Part shown: positions 1 to 10,091 of the stretch, in pieces | How the letters are laid out: each line of letters begins with the position of its first letter | Position numbering within the stretch: position 1 is the first letter of the stretch | Assembly (NCBI GenBank): GCA_963804645.1 | Contig: CAWDRG010000015.1 | Location: 439,457 to 503,456, forward strand | DNA length: 64,000 nucleotides | Direction of reading: 5' to 3' | Source: an uncultured Bacillota bacterium | GTDB taxonomy: Bacteria > Sysuimicrobiota > Sysuimicrobiia > Sysuimicrobiales > Segetimicrobiaceae | The notes under the pieces: model-generated | Databases searched by the model: none | What the model was told of the DNA's origin: nothing | The model's input: the letters and a program-made list of their open reading frames with translations, nothing else | Position numbers and translations under genes: made by a program

Positions 1-80
1 TCGCCTGGGAGCGGGCCGAGTCGGTTGACACGGATCGGTGGCCCAACGGACGCGGCGCGGCCGCGCAGAGCGGGGGAGCT

Positions 81-855
81 ATGTATCTCGGGTGCAGTTC
101 TCAATCGTACGACGACGTCCTGCAGAGCGGGGAGCTCACGCTGGTCGATTGGCTCACGCTGGCGGCGGACGACCTTGGGCTCCGCGCGGTGGAGTTGGAG
201 GACAAGCACATCGGAGACCCGACGCCCGCGCGGCTGGATCAGCTGCGTGCCGCCGCGGAACGACACGGCCTGGAACTTGTGAACATCGCGTTGATGAACA
301 ACTTCGGCGTCGAGCGCGCAGACCGCCGGGCCGGCGAGGAGGCCCGCACGATCGAATGGATCGCTGTCGCACGGCGTCTCGGGGCACGGCATCTGCGGAC
401 CTTCGCCGGGTGGCCGGAGGGGGACCGCGAGGCGCGCTGGCCGGGGATGGTGGCGTCGCTGCGACTCGTGTGCGCAGGCGCGGCGGCGGCGGGGATGCCG
501 CTCGTGATGGAAAACCACAACCACGGGGGATTCGTCCAGACCGCCGCGGATGTGGAGGCGATTTTCGGCGCCGTCGCGAGCCCCGCGCTCGGGCTGCTGC
601 TGGATACGGGGAACTTTCTCGACGGTCTGCCGTCGATCATCCGGACGGCGCCGCTGGCCGCGCACGTCCACGCCAAATGCATGCGCATCGCACCGGACGG
701 GCATGACGAGCGGGTGGACAACGAAGGCGCGCTGCGTGCCGTGAGCGGCCGCCGGCTACCGGGGCTGCGTGTCGGTGGAGTACGAAGGCGAGGAGCCGAG
801 CCGGACCGCCGTGCCTCGCGCGATCCAGTTTCTCCGCCGGCTGCTCGGCGAGTAG
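81..855 (+). CDS. Sugar phosphate isomerase/epimerase (xylose-isomerase-like TIM barrel), frameshift near 750
   Basis: Motifs LVMENHNHG, LLLDTGNF and HVHAK. The C-terminal GYRGCVSVEYEG...LLGE* lies in another frame and ends at TAG 853-855. Confidence 0.8.
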
Positions 856-877
856 CTTCCGCCCGGGCGCCGGTCGC

Positions 878-1792
878 ATGCGCACCGTCGTCGTCACGGG
901 TTCGCACGGGCTGATCGGGTCGGCCCTCGTGCCCGCGCTGGAGGCCGGGGGAGCCCGTGTGATCCCGCTGGTGCGCGCCGCAGGCGCGCCCCGGCCGGGC
1001 GCGCTGTCCTGGGATCCCAGCCGGGGGCGGCTCGATCCGGGCGGCCTGGAGGGCGTCGACGCGGTCGTTCACTTGGGCGGGGAGAATATCGCGGCGGGGC
1101 GGTGGACGGCCGACCGAAAGACGCGCATCCGGCGCAGCCGGATCGAAGGCACGGCGCTGCTCGCGCGTACGCTGGCAGGGCCTGGGACGCGCCCGCGCGT
1201 CTTTGTGTGCGCGTCCGCCACCGGCTACTATGGCGATCGCGGCGACGAGGTATTGGATGAGGAGAGCCCTCCGGGAACCGGCTTTCTGGCCGACGTGTGC
1301 CGGGAGTGGGAGGCCGCGGCCGATCCCGCCCGGGCCGCAGGCGTCCGTGTCGTGCATCTTCGAACGGGAACGGTGCTGTCGACGACCGGAGGGGCGCTTG
1401 GCCAGCTGCTTCCCGTCTTTCGCATGGGGGCGGGGGGACCGCTCGGCAGCGGCAGGCAGTACATGAGCTGGATCGCGCTGGCGGACGCGGTGGCGGTGAT
1501 TCAGCACCTGCTGGCGCACGAGGAGATCGCGGGACCCGTGAATGTCGTGGCGCCCCACCCCGTCACCAACCAGGAGTTTACCCGGGCGCTGGGCCGGGTG
1601 CTCCACCGGCCGACGCTTGTCTCTGTTCCGGCCGTGGCGCTGCGGATGCTATTTGGTGAGCTCGCCGACAGCGCGCTGCTGGCGAGCGCGCGCGTCGAGC
1701 CGGTCCGGCTGCTCCGGTCGGGGTATGCGTTCCGGCTGCCCGAGATCGAGGGCGCCCTTCGCGCGCTCGTGTCCCCGGGCGCACGTAGCTGA
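878..1792 (+). CDS. TIGR01777-family NAD-dependent epimerase/oxidoreductase (YfcH-like)
   Basis: VVVTGSHGLIG Rossmann motif, SATGYYG, GFLADVCREWE, GGPLGSGRQYMSWI, GPVNVVAPHPVTN. Confidence 0.92.
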   Translation: MRTVVVTGSHGLIGSALVPALEAGGARVIPLVRAAGAPRPGALSWDPSRGRLDPGGLEGVDAVVHLGGENIAAGRWTADRKTRIRRSRIEGTALLARTLAGPGTRPRVFVCASATGYYGDRGDEVLDEESPPGTGFLADVCREWEAAADPARAAGVRVVHLRTGTVLSTTGGALGQLLPVFRMGAGGPLGSGRQYMSWIALADAVAVIQHLLAHEEIAGPVNVVAPHPVTNQEFTRALGRVLHRPTLVSVPAVALRMLFGELADSALLASARVEPVRLLRSGYAFRLPEIEGALRALVSPGARS

Positions 1793-1801
1793 ACGGGGGG
1801 G

Positions 1802-1831
1802 TTGCGGGCGAGGCGACGGGTTGGATATAAT
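1802..1831 (+). promoter_or_regulatory. Putative sigma70 promoter of tRNA-Ala
   Basis: TTGCGG (1802-1807), 18-bp spacer, TATAAT (1826-1831), about 75 bp upstream of the tRNA. Confidence 0.55.
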
Positions 1832-1905
1832 TGGGTCGGCCTCCTGGTGTGAGCGGGGCGGCGGTCCGTGTGCGGCGGAACGCGACAAACGGTGCGAACG
1901 TCTGT

Positions 1906-1981
1906 GGGGACGTAGCTCAGCTGGGAGAGCGCCTGAATCGCACTCAGGAGGTCGGCGGTTCAAATCCGCTCGTCTCCACCA
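1906..1981 (+). tRNA. tRNA-Ala (anticodon CGC)
   Basis: 76-nt cloverleaf: GGGGACG/CGTCTCC acceptor stem with the G3:U70 Ala determinant, anticodon loop ATCGCAC, T-loop TTCAAAT, encoded CCA. Confidence 0.97.
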
Positions 1982-3070
1982 TCGAAAAGAATTCGAACCA
2001 CCGTCCCGGTTTGTCACTTCCTCGGGGGTTTCCAGGAGCGTCAGGGTATTGAGTGACGTGGTGGCTCGGTAGTAGGGGGCGGCCGATCCGGCCTCTCGTC
2101 GGCTCAAGGCGTAACGGACCGAGCAGGGTCCTGAGGATCGGTCCGGAGCGGCCGGGGGTTCGCTCGAGGATCTCTTTGAATTGACCGAGGCGCTCCTCGA
2201 GCCATTCCAGCGGTGGCGCTTGGAAGACTTTGTCCCGACTGCGGCGCAATCCGTGAAGCTCGTCGTTGAGCGAGGTCACTTTGCGTTCGGTGTCTTCCAG
2301 GGCCTGCGCGACGCTGCGGCTGCCGCGGCCCTCGCCGATGAAATCGAGAAAGTTCGCCAGCCGCCGTTCTTCGGCGATGGAGTTCGGTCTCCTTCAGCCG
2401 GATGGCGTCCGGGACATGCGCATACAGTTTGGCGACTTCCTCCTCCACGCGCCGGAGGGTGTACTGGAGGTGTGCGGGCTTCGACAGCCGTTCGCGGACG
2501 GCCTCGAGGACGATCCGTTCCACCAAGGTGCGGCGGACGAGCAATTTGTTGTCGCAGGCGCCCTTGGTGGCGCCAATGCACCCGTAGTACCCGCCCGCTT
2601 TCCCGCTCACCTGGCCGATGGTGGCCCCACAGAGACCGCAGACGAGCGTCCCGGAGAGCAGGTGGGTGGGGAAGAGCTGCTCGCGGCCTCCTTGGGCGGC
2701 GGAGAATCCGCGGCGTCCCTTCCCGCCCGGCCAGCTGCGTCGGACCTCGAGGCGGCGGGCGCGGACAGCGTCCCACACGTCCGCCGGCACGATGCGCAAC
2801 GTCGCGTCCTCGTGGGCGATCCATTCCGAGGCCGGCTTCGGAAAGGGACGCCGTCTGCCGGTTTTGGGATCTCGGCGCAGTTCGTGCTTGTTCCAGACCC
2901 AGTGGCCCACGTATTTCTCATTGTCGAGGAGGCGGCTCACCGTCGCCGGCGACCAGCCGTTGGCGGATGCGAATGCGGCCGGGCACGGCATCCTGATTCA
3001 GCAGGCGGACGATGCGGATGAGGGCCACGGCGAATTCGAGCACATTCCGGGCGGAGAAGCGGCGACTGCT
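1982..3070 (-). pseudogene. Large serine recombinase, 5'-truncated and frameshifted (recombinase domain, zinc ribbon and coiled coil remain; catalytic domain lost)
   Basis: RIVRLLNQDAVP...GWSPATVSRLLDNEKYVG, LRIVPADVWDAV, LLSGTLVCGLCG, YYGC...C. Pieces lie in ORFs 2918-3196, 2104-2991, 1944-2279 and 1649-2107. Confidence 0.85.
2002..2467. repeat. ~460-bp direct repeat, copy 1 (LSR 3' end); copy 2 at 13397-13856
   Basis: Near-identical sequence from cgtcccggtttgtcacttcctcggggg to ccggagggtgtactgg at both loci. Confidence 0.95.
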
Positions 3071-3093
3071 GCCGCGCCCGTTGGCACGTGCTC

Positions 3094-3357
3094 TCATGAC
3101 GGCGCAAGACGCGCGCTCGTCAAATGGGTGTGCCTGTGCTTGTTCGCGTAGTGTCGCCGACGTCCGCGTTGTCCGCTCCCAACCACCCACCGCCACAGTC
3201 TCGGGCGGCTGAGACGAACCGCACGACCCAAGCGAATAGTGATCCCCTCCGGGAAAACACCCTGAGCTACAAGCGCATACAGTCTCCGCGGCGACATGCC
3301 AAGAAGCCTTGCAGCTTGCGGGACTGTGAGGAGCAACATGTTCTCTACTGCACTCAC
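3094..3357 (-). CDS. Excisionase/AlpA-like helix-turn-helix DNA-binding protein
   Basis: LLLTVPQAARLLGMSPRRLYALVAQG...IRLGRAVRL is an HTH_17/Xis pattern; it lies directly upstream of the recombinase. Confidence 0.75.
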   Translation of the reverse strand: MSAVENMLLLTVPQAARLLGMSPRRLYALVAQGVFPEGITIRLGRAVRLSRPRLWRWVVGSGQRGRRRHYANKHRHTHLTSARLAPS

Positions 3358-3503
3358 CTCGAGGTCTCGAAGGTGACGGGACCGGTTGCTGCGGGATCAG
3401 TGCGCCGGTGTATGAGGCTGTGGCGGGGGTTACCCGTGTTGAGGTTCGTCGTGATCGCCACCATGCGAACCCGTCTGATTGGCAGACCCAATTTACTACC
3501 GGT

Positions 3504-3532
3504 ATATTACTAATAGGAGGTCAGTTTGTCAA
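3504..3532 (-). promoter_or_regulatory. Leftward sigma70 promoter for the Xis-like gene and recombinase
   Basis: Minus strand TTGACA (3532-3527), 17-bp spacer, TAATAT (3509-3504). Confidence 0.6.
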
Positions 3533-3556
3533 GAGAGTCAAGAGAGTCAAGAGAGT
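3528..3556. repeat. Tandem 9-bp repeat (GTCAAGAGA)x3
   Basis: gtcaagaga gtcaagaga gtcaagaga gt, overlapping the -35 box in the divergent intergenic region. Confidence 0.9.
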
Positions 3557-3585
3557 TAGTATATGAGTGAGGGTAATAGAGTTTA

Positions 3586-3594
3586 TGGTATAAT
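3586..3594 (+). promoter_or_regulatory. Extended -10 promoter (TGGTATAAT), probably giving a leaderless transcript of the Zn-ribbon gene
   Basis: TGnTATAAT ends 6 nt before ATG 3601. Confidence 0.55.
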
Positions 3595-3600
3595 CGGTCT

Positions 3601-3765
3601 ATGGCCAAGGTGAAATTATCGGGTTACCGCTGTGAGCGTTGCGGCCACGAATGGGTACCCCGCGAGAAGGGGCAAGAACCACGGGTATGCCCTAAGTGCA
3701 AGAGTTCCTATTGGGATGTCCCTCGCGGTAAGGGTAATACGCGAGACAAGAAGTCTCCAACATAG
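3601..3765 (+). CDS. Small zinc-ribbon protein (54 aa, absent from the ORF track)
   Basis: MAKVKLSGYRCERCGHEWVPREKGQEPRVCPKCKSSYWDVPRGKGNTRDKKSPT*, with two CxxC pairs. Confidence 0.8.
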   Translation: MAKVKLSGYRCERCGHEWVPREKGQEPRVCPKCKSSYWDVPRGKGNTRDKKSPT

Positions 3766-3793
3766 CCTGCAGCGGCGGGAAGGAGAGGGGTAA

Positions 3794-4066
3794 GTGCGGA
3801 CTATCAAGGCAAAATACAGGACGCACGGCGGGTTCTTCGAACCACTCGAGCCGGTGGAACTTCCCGATGAGGCTGTCGTCGATGTTGCTGTCCCCGACGC
3901 CGAAGCCGGAGAGAACATGGATGCTATCATCGTGGCCGAGCCGACCGAGGAGACGATCGAGGCCTTTCACCGCTCCGCTGGTGGCTGGAAGGACCTGCTC
4001 ACGGAGGAGTTCATCGCGGAGGTCCACAAGCGACGGGAAGTTCAGCGTCCACCGATTGACCTGTGA
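3794..4066 (+). CDS. Antitoxin, AF2212/DUF104-like
   Basis: TIKAKY..GFFEPLEPVELPD pattern and GTGA overlap with the PIN toxin. Confidence 0.75.
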   Translation: MRTIKAKYRTHGGFFEPLEPVELPDEAVVDVAVPDAEAGENMDAIIVAEPTEETIEAFHRSAGGWKDLLTEEFIAEVHKRREVQRPPIDL

Positions 4067-4473
4067 GACTGGCATACCTCGTCGACACCGATTGGGCCGT
4101 TTGGTGGATGCGCGGCCGGTCCGAAGTGATCGCGCTTCTTACCCCAAAGGAGCGCGATGGGCTCGCGATCAGCGTCGTGACCCTGGCGGAGCTTTACGAG
4201 GGGATCGAAAGCACGAGGGACCCCAGCGCGGCCCGGCCTGTGCTGGATGACTTCCTGAAGCTCGTGACGGTCATTCCTTTCTCAGAGAAAGTGGCAGCGC
4301 GTTTCGGGGTAGAATCGGCCAGGCTGCGACGTCTGGGGCAACCTCTTCCTGACTTCGATCTTGTCATTGCGGTGACGGCCATGCAGCACGCGCTTACCCT
4401 GCTGACAGAGGACCGCCACTTCGAGCGGTTCCCGAACCTTGTCATTGAATCGATGTACGGGACCGGTCGTTGA
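4063..4473 (+). CDS. vapC: Type II toxin, VapC/PIN-domain ribonuclease
   Basis: YLVDTD, ISVVTLAELYEG, DFDLVIAVTA, LLTEDRHFERFP. Confidence 0.92.
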   Translation: MRLAYLVDTDWAVWWMRGRSEVIALLTPKERDGLAISVVTLAELYEGIESTRDPSAARPVLDDFLKLVTVIPFSEKVAARFGVESARLRRLGQPLPDFDLVIAVTAMQHALTLLTEDRHFERFPNLVIESMYGTGR

Positions 4474-4632
4474 AGGCGAGAGTGAAAGGGTATGCGCTGT
4501 GCCGGTCGCTTGCCCGCCAGTCTTTTCGCGACCCGCTTCCTAGGCCGATGAGCCACTCGCCAATCTCCATAAATAACATCAAACAACATCGCCCCGTATA
4601 GTGGTCGGGGTCCGGCCGGTCAAGGGCGCGAT

Positions 4633-4791
4633 ATGATGAACTTGGTCGTCCAGAACGCAATGGCAAAACCGGAACTCCCAGCCACGATTCGCATCGTCCG
4701 TGAAGGCGATGCGTTGATCGCGTACGCCACGGAGCTTGACGTTGACCTACCAGGAGAAGATCGGGCCACTGGGCTTGGCCTTTCACTGTGA
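4633..4791 (+). pseudogene. Possible HicB-like antitoxin N-terminal remnant
   Basis: 52-aa ORF with TIRIVREGDALIAYATELDV, resembling the HicB N-terminus and then diverging. Confidence 0.3.
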
Positions 4792-4927
4792 TGGCGCTCA
4801 GTAGCCAAGATGCTCCCTCAAGCGACCTCAGGGCGCGGTAGGAAGTCGACTGCCCTGTGGTCAGCTGGCTCGCCAGCGTCCGCGTAATCGTGAGACGGTT
4901 TGAGCCATTACTTCGAGACGTTCCGCG

Positions 4928-6877
4928 TCATGTGGCATCAAGCAGCTCCGTGAGCGCCGCCCGCAGGTCGACCGGGACCACAGCGACTCGTGCGCGTTTG
5001 GCTTCTACCGCTGCCCGGCCGACGAAGACCAGGCTGGCGAGTCGCAGGCGACCCAGCGAGCTTGCCGGCGGGTCGTCGCCCCAGAAGTAGCCGTCGTCCT
5101 CGTCGCTGCCGAACCGGCGGGTGATTGTTCCCACTCGCGCCCACCCGCCCCGCTGCAAGAGCAGCCTGAGCAGCATTTTGCCCTGGCCGTCGTGGTCCAA
5201 ACCGGCCAGTACACGTAGGGCCGCCGCGGGGTCGCTCACAATGACGCGGGCGACCTGACGGGCTCGGTCGCGACGGAGGCGGGCAGGCGATCGGACGGAG
5301 TAGAGTCTGCAGGCAGCGTCCAGCCACTCGGCCGGAATTCGGTCGAGCGCGCGCGGCAGAGTGAGCGTCTGCGGTGAGATGGGACGCTCGTCGACCTGCC
5401 GGCGGTACTCCTCTTCGGCCCGCTCCATGAGGTACTCCGGCAGCAAATGGGGCTCCAGGCGGTCGGTCATCGCCGTCAGTTTCTCGGCCAGCCCCGGCGG
5501 CAGGTCGTCGGTATCGATGGCTTCGAGATGCCGCCGCGCAGTCGTATAATCGCCCTCTTCGGTACACACGCCGGCCAAATTGAACAGGACCACTGGATGG
5601 TCGGGGAGCACCCCCTGCAGCAGTTCGAGAAGACTCCGTGCTTCCTTGCGTTCGCCCTGCGTTCGCAGGATGTTGGCATATGCCACTGCGGCGGCGGCGT
5701 AGAGCCGGTCGCCATGGACCAGTGGCTCCAGAATCCGGCGTGCGTCACGCAGCCGGCCGGCGTCGCGGTGCGCGAGCGCCTCGCGATAGCGCGCCTCCAA
5801 TTCCGGGTCCGGCTCCGTCACGAGTTCCACCCGCTTGAGGGCCACCTGCATGGAGCGGCCTTCGATCAGCATCGTGACGGGCGCGTCAATGGCGATGGCG
5901 CCGGATCTGTGCAGACCTTCGAGGGCGGCCATTTTCCACGGCGTCGGCGCGCGCGAAGCGGCGAACAGCGAGTGCGCCAAGCGCTCGCCCCATTCGCCAC
6001 CGCCGCCGACCAGCGCACCAATCATGGCCGCCCTGCTCTCGACCGTCGATCCGGCCATCGGGGCATCCGGGACGAAGAGGTTGTAGAGCAGCACGAGAAG
6101 GTTCGCCGGGTCCGCGATGATCCGAGCCGCCACGTCCTCGGGCGGTGCCGAGTTGACGTCCCCGACCGCCCGCGAAAAATCCTCCTCGCTGGGCGTGGCA
6201 TACGGAAGGCGGAACGGCGGTACCATTCCGAGGTCGCACAGCTCGGCGACCCCGGCGTACGCCTCGAGCATCCGCCACTTTGGGTGACGGACTCGCCGCC
6301 AGACTCGCCCGGCCTGCTCGAACCTGCCGAGGTTGAAGAGCGCGGTGCCGGCAAAGAAGCCGCACAAGGGAAGGACATGCCACTGCTGCCACCGCTGAAA
6401 GAGCGTCCATACCTGCCGGTCGTCGCCGATGTCGCCGGCCGCCTGGAGAATGATGGCGGTGTACTCGGCCACATTCACGAGCTCGCTGCCCAGCTGGCCG
6501 CCGAATCCCTCGACGACGTCTTCGAAATGGCGGATCGCGGCATCCAGGTGGTGACGGGCGAGGGCCGCAAAACCGAGGCTGGAGTGACAGCGCGCCGCGA
6601 GCGCATGCGCGTACGGCTGCGGGGCCGAATCCTCGAGGTTGGGGGCGAGGGTCTCGAGCGCTGCGGTAGGGTCGTTCCGATGTTCGAGTTGGATCAGCGC
6701 GAGGTTGTTGAGGGCAGCCGGTACGGCGCACGCTTCGACGGCCTTCTCGAAATACTCGGCGGCCTTCGCCAGATCTCCGCTCGCGGCGAAGCCGCGGCCC
6801 TCGTCAAGCAGGCGCTCGGCCTCGGCCACCGCGTTCACGTCGTGCAGGCCGTCCTCGAATCCAAGGTGCCCTTGCAC
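4928..6877 (-). CDS. Tetratricopeptide-repeat protein (~649 aa) with a C-terminal domain of unknown function
   Basis: TPR-like helices (AAEYFEKAVE..ALNNLA; VVLFNLAGVC). The GTG at 6877 has a GGAGG RBS; the ORF-track extension to 7330 looks non-coding. Confidence 0.75.
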   Translation of the reverse strand: MQGHLGFEDGLHDVNAVAEAERLLDEGRGFAASGDLAKAAEYFEKAVEACAVPAALNNLALIQLEHRNDPTAALETLAPNLEDSAPQPYAHALAARCHSSLGFAALARHHLDAAIRHFEDVVEGFGGQLGSELVNVAEYTAIILQAAGDIGDDRQVWTLFQRWQQWHVLPLCGFFAGTALFNLGRFEQAGRVWRRVRHPKWRMLEAYAGVAELCDLGMVPPFRLPYATPSEEDFSRAVGDVNSAPPEDVAARIIADPANLLVLLYNLFVPDAPMAGSTVESRAAMIGALVGGGGEWGERLAHSLFAASRAPTPWKMAALEGLHRSGAIAIDAPVTMLIEGRSMQVALKRVELVTEPDPELEARYREALAHRDAGRLRDARRILEPLVHGDRLYAAAAVAYANILRTQGERKEARSLLELLQGVLPDHPVVLFNLAGVCTEEGDYTTARRHLEAIDTDDLPPGLAEKLTAMTDRLEPHLLPEYLMERAEEEYRRQVDERPISPQTLTLPRALDRIPAEWLDAACRLYSVRSPARLRRDRARQVARVIVSDPAAALRVLAGLDHDGQGKMLLRLLLQRGGWARVGTITRRFGSDEDDGYFWGDDPPASSLGRLRLASLVFVGRAAVEAKRARVAVVPVDLRAALTELLDAT

Positions 6878-7197
6878 GGTGAGGCCTCCCAGGAACGCAT
6901 GTGTCGCGCTTTTGCGGCGGTTCTGTGGATTACCTTGTGGGCAACCGGTGAGTTGCAGATATCGCCGTGTCCAATGCTGTTGGGCACCTGTGACGCATGC
7001 GCGCGCTCGGGTCGTTGGCGGTTCTTCCCCTCTTGGGCAGCGCGCGGGTGGGCAGTGTGAGTATCGCGCTGGTGTGCTCAACGAATAGGGGCTTTCCCCA
7101 ATCGTGAGCATTACGCCTTCGTGTCCCCCGCGAATCGTCGCGCGACATCGCTCATCGGAGTCCTCGGCGTGCCAGCGAAGTAGCCTCTTTTCGTCGG

Positions 7198-7700
7198 TCA
7201 GTCCAGCCTGTATTCCCAGTAGGGACGCCAGTGGAACGGTGTTTGGATTACTTCGGGGAGCGCCTTTCCTTCGAGCAGGACCTGAAGGCTCCACTTCGTC
7301 GCGCGGTGGCCAATGATCAACGGCCGGCACGTGGAACCACTGTCTTTGATCTCCCGCAGGAACGCCTCCACCATGGCCACCCGCTGCTGGTAGCTTTCGC
7401 CGTTCGGGAATGGCACCACGATGTGCCTAATTCGAAGCGGCTCAATATCGTCAACCCTCATGCCGGCGCAATCGCCATAGTGGAAGCAGCTGGTGGAGGC
7501 CTCCGGGAAAACCCAGAAGGTCATCGCCAAGACGGCCCAAGTGCCGGAGCCGAATCTCACCAAGATAAGCGTGGGGAGATAGTACCGACTCTCGACACGA
7601 TTGCGCGCTTGACGCGAGCGGCACTTGGGGCCGGTTTGGAGGTTCGCGTTGTGCGGCCGAGATCCCCAAGGAGGAAGGTCGGTAAGGTTGACCCGATTGT
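7198..7700 (-). pseudogene. Histidine phosphatase (phosphoglycerate-mutase-like) remnant
   Basis: HYGDCAG..PFPNGESYQQ...LIIGHRATKWSL...WRPYWEY is a C-terminal half; the N-terminus is degraded. Confidence 0.6.
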
Positions 7701-7938
7701 GCTGAACGCGTAGCCACGGAAGATACCCATCCGTCCCGTGCCGCTGCTGGCCACCCAGGAGAGTGTGGTGGGAGGAGTTGGGCGGTCGGAGGAGTGCATC
7801 GCCTAAGATCCGGAGACACCTCCGTATCGGCGGTCTCCTGGAATTAGACAAATGGTATGCGGCGAATTATACTGTTTGTGTGCACAATTTTAGAACGATG
7901 ATATGCGCTAACCTATCCAAAATATATGCAGGAGTTTC

Positions 7939-8250
7939 ATGGTGACTAAATCGAGGGGTACACGGCTTCCTTCCTCGCAGAGCCCCCGCGAAGTCGGCGT
8001 GTCCTGGTGGCGGCGTAGTGCTGAGAACCAGCGTTACGTCGTAGCATCCAGTGAACAGCCCGGTGGTGCAGCGAGTCGGTTTCTCCGTCAAGAAGGATAT
8101 GTGGTTGAGGTTGCTGGCGGCAAGGTGTGGATCCTAAAGACGCCCGATCGGGACGACGTTCGAGAGCTGTGTCTCGCTAACTACTGGTCCATCGTTCGGC
8201 TGATACTAGAGCAATACGTGCCGGCGATCGTCAACCGCTGCCAGTACGTC
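7939..8250 (+). pseudogene. Truncated hypothetical protein (N-terminus only; possibly the N-terminal region of a Fic/AbiEi-like protein)
   Basis: GGAG RBS and ATG; protein-like sequence to about ...LANYWSIVRLILEQYVPAIV, then an abrupt junction with the GH39 region. Confidence 0.35.
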
Positions 8251-8285
8251 CTCAACGGGCGCAGATCCAAGCACCGAGATGAGAA

Positions 8286-9768
8286 TTGCGCCACCCGCGG
8301 CGTGACGTGTTGATCGCGGGGAAGAAGGACAAACTGCCTCACTTCACGTGCAGTCTTTCGCAACAGCCGACGTCATTTGTGCACTTTTGGGAGCACACCG
8401 TTGGGAGTGGACATGCCCCGCTCGCGTTGCGCGCTGATTGGCAACGGCAACTGCTCCGCTGCCACACCGAATTGGGATTTCGTTACGTGCGCTTTCACGC
8501 GCTTCTGTCGGACGAAATGGGCACCCTCGTCGATGAAAACAATACATTGCTCCATTCCTTTTTTAATGCCGATCAGATCATGGATTTCCTCGTCTCAATC
8601 GGGATGCGTCCATTTGTCGAGCTGAGTTTCATGCCCGAGACGCTCGCGTCCGGATCGACAAAGGTATTCAGTTATCAGGCGAACGTCACGCCGCCAAAGA
8701 ATTACCGGCAATGGTCAGCGTTGATCCACAAGCTGGTTGCGCACTGGGTCGACCGCTTCGGGATCGACGAAGTGCGTGAGTGGTTCTTTGAAGTGTGGAA
8801 CGAGCCGAACCTGAAAGCGTTCTGGACGGGCACGCAGCAAGAGTATTTCAAGCTCTACAAGGTCACGGCTGAGGCGATCAAAGGGATCGACGCACTGCTC
8901 CAAGTGGGCGGCCCAGCTACGGCGAACAACGCGTGGATCCCGGAGCTGTTGGATTTCTGCCAGCAGCATCGTCTGCCCATCGATTTCATCAGTACCCACC
9001 ATTATCCGACTGACGCGTTTGGGGAGATTGGGGCGAACACTACCACGCAACTGCAACATGCCCCGCCGAGCATCCTGCGTGATGATGCGCGGCACGTTCG
9101 CGATCAAAGCCGAGGCCTACCGGTGTATTACACGGAGTGGAATATCTCATCAAATCCCCGCGATCCGTTTCACGACGAACCCTTCGCTGCCGCCTACGTC
9201 ACGAAAATCATCATGCAGGCAACGGGCCTGGTGCGCGGCTACAGTTTTTGGACCTTCAGCGATATTTTCAGCGAGAACTATTTTCCGTCCGTTCCCTTTC
9301 ATGGCGGCTTCGGACTGCTGAACATTCACGGGATTGCCAAACCCACGTATCGAGCCTTCCAAATCTTGCACGCGTCTGGGCACGGATTTGCTCGCGGTAG
9401 AGGGCAGTTGCGGGACAGTCGACGCGTGGGCGGTTCGCAAAGCGCATGCGGTCGCCATCCTGCTCACGAACCACGCGATGCCGCGCCACTCAATTCATAC
9501 GCAGGAGGTCAGCGTTCGTGTCACCAGCGCGCAGAAGCCACGCTTGTGTTATGTGGAGAGAATCGACGACGACCACGCGAATCCGCGCCGTCACTGGGAG
9601 GCCATGGGCAAGCCCACTTACTTGAGTGCAAAACAATTGGATGAGTTGCAGCACGCGTCATTGGTCCGCAAAGATCCGCAATCCTGGAGATACAGTCATC
9701 AAAGTGTCGATCTCAAAATCACCCTGCCGCCTCACAGTGTTGCGGCGGTCACGATGGAATTTGCCTAA
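8286..9768 (+). CDS. GH39 beta-xylosidase, frameshift near 9375
   Basis: VGSGHAPLALR, GFRYVRFH, FEVWNEPN (acid/base), VGGPATA, YYTEWN (nucleophile), FHGGFGLL. The C-terminus is in ORF 9334-9768. Confidence 0.9.
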
Positions 9769-10091
9769 GCGCGGGACGTACCGATGCGACAACGGCTCTG
9801 CTCCGGCTCACGCATGTCATCTGAATTGCCAGCAGGGTTAATCGGGATCCAACAAGAAATATTCGCCAACTGATCTCGCTGCGGCGAGATTCTGTACTCG
9901 TGTTGAGGGTTTTGGCGCCGGCGTGAATCGACATGGACAGCCCAGAGCCTTATTCTTCGAGCAGTAGACATGCGTGAAATCACTTCATCACTCACTATGC
10001 ATTGGTCCCGCCGACCTGACCGAGAGCGTATGGTGATCATCGAGGTCGAGCCGCCGCCGCAAAAAACCGTAAGTACCGATTTGGCGCTGCC

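Noticed and set aside
6878..7330. N-terminal 150 aa of the 800-aa ORF 4928-7330
   Set aside because: It is not protein-like and overlaps the phosphatase remnant; a GTG with RBS at 6877 is a better start.
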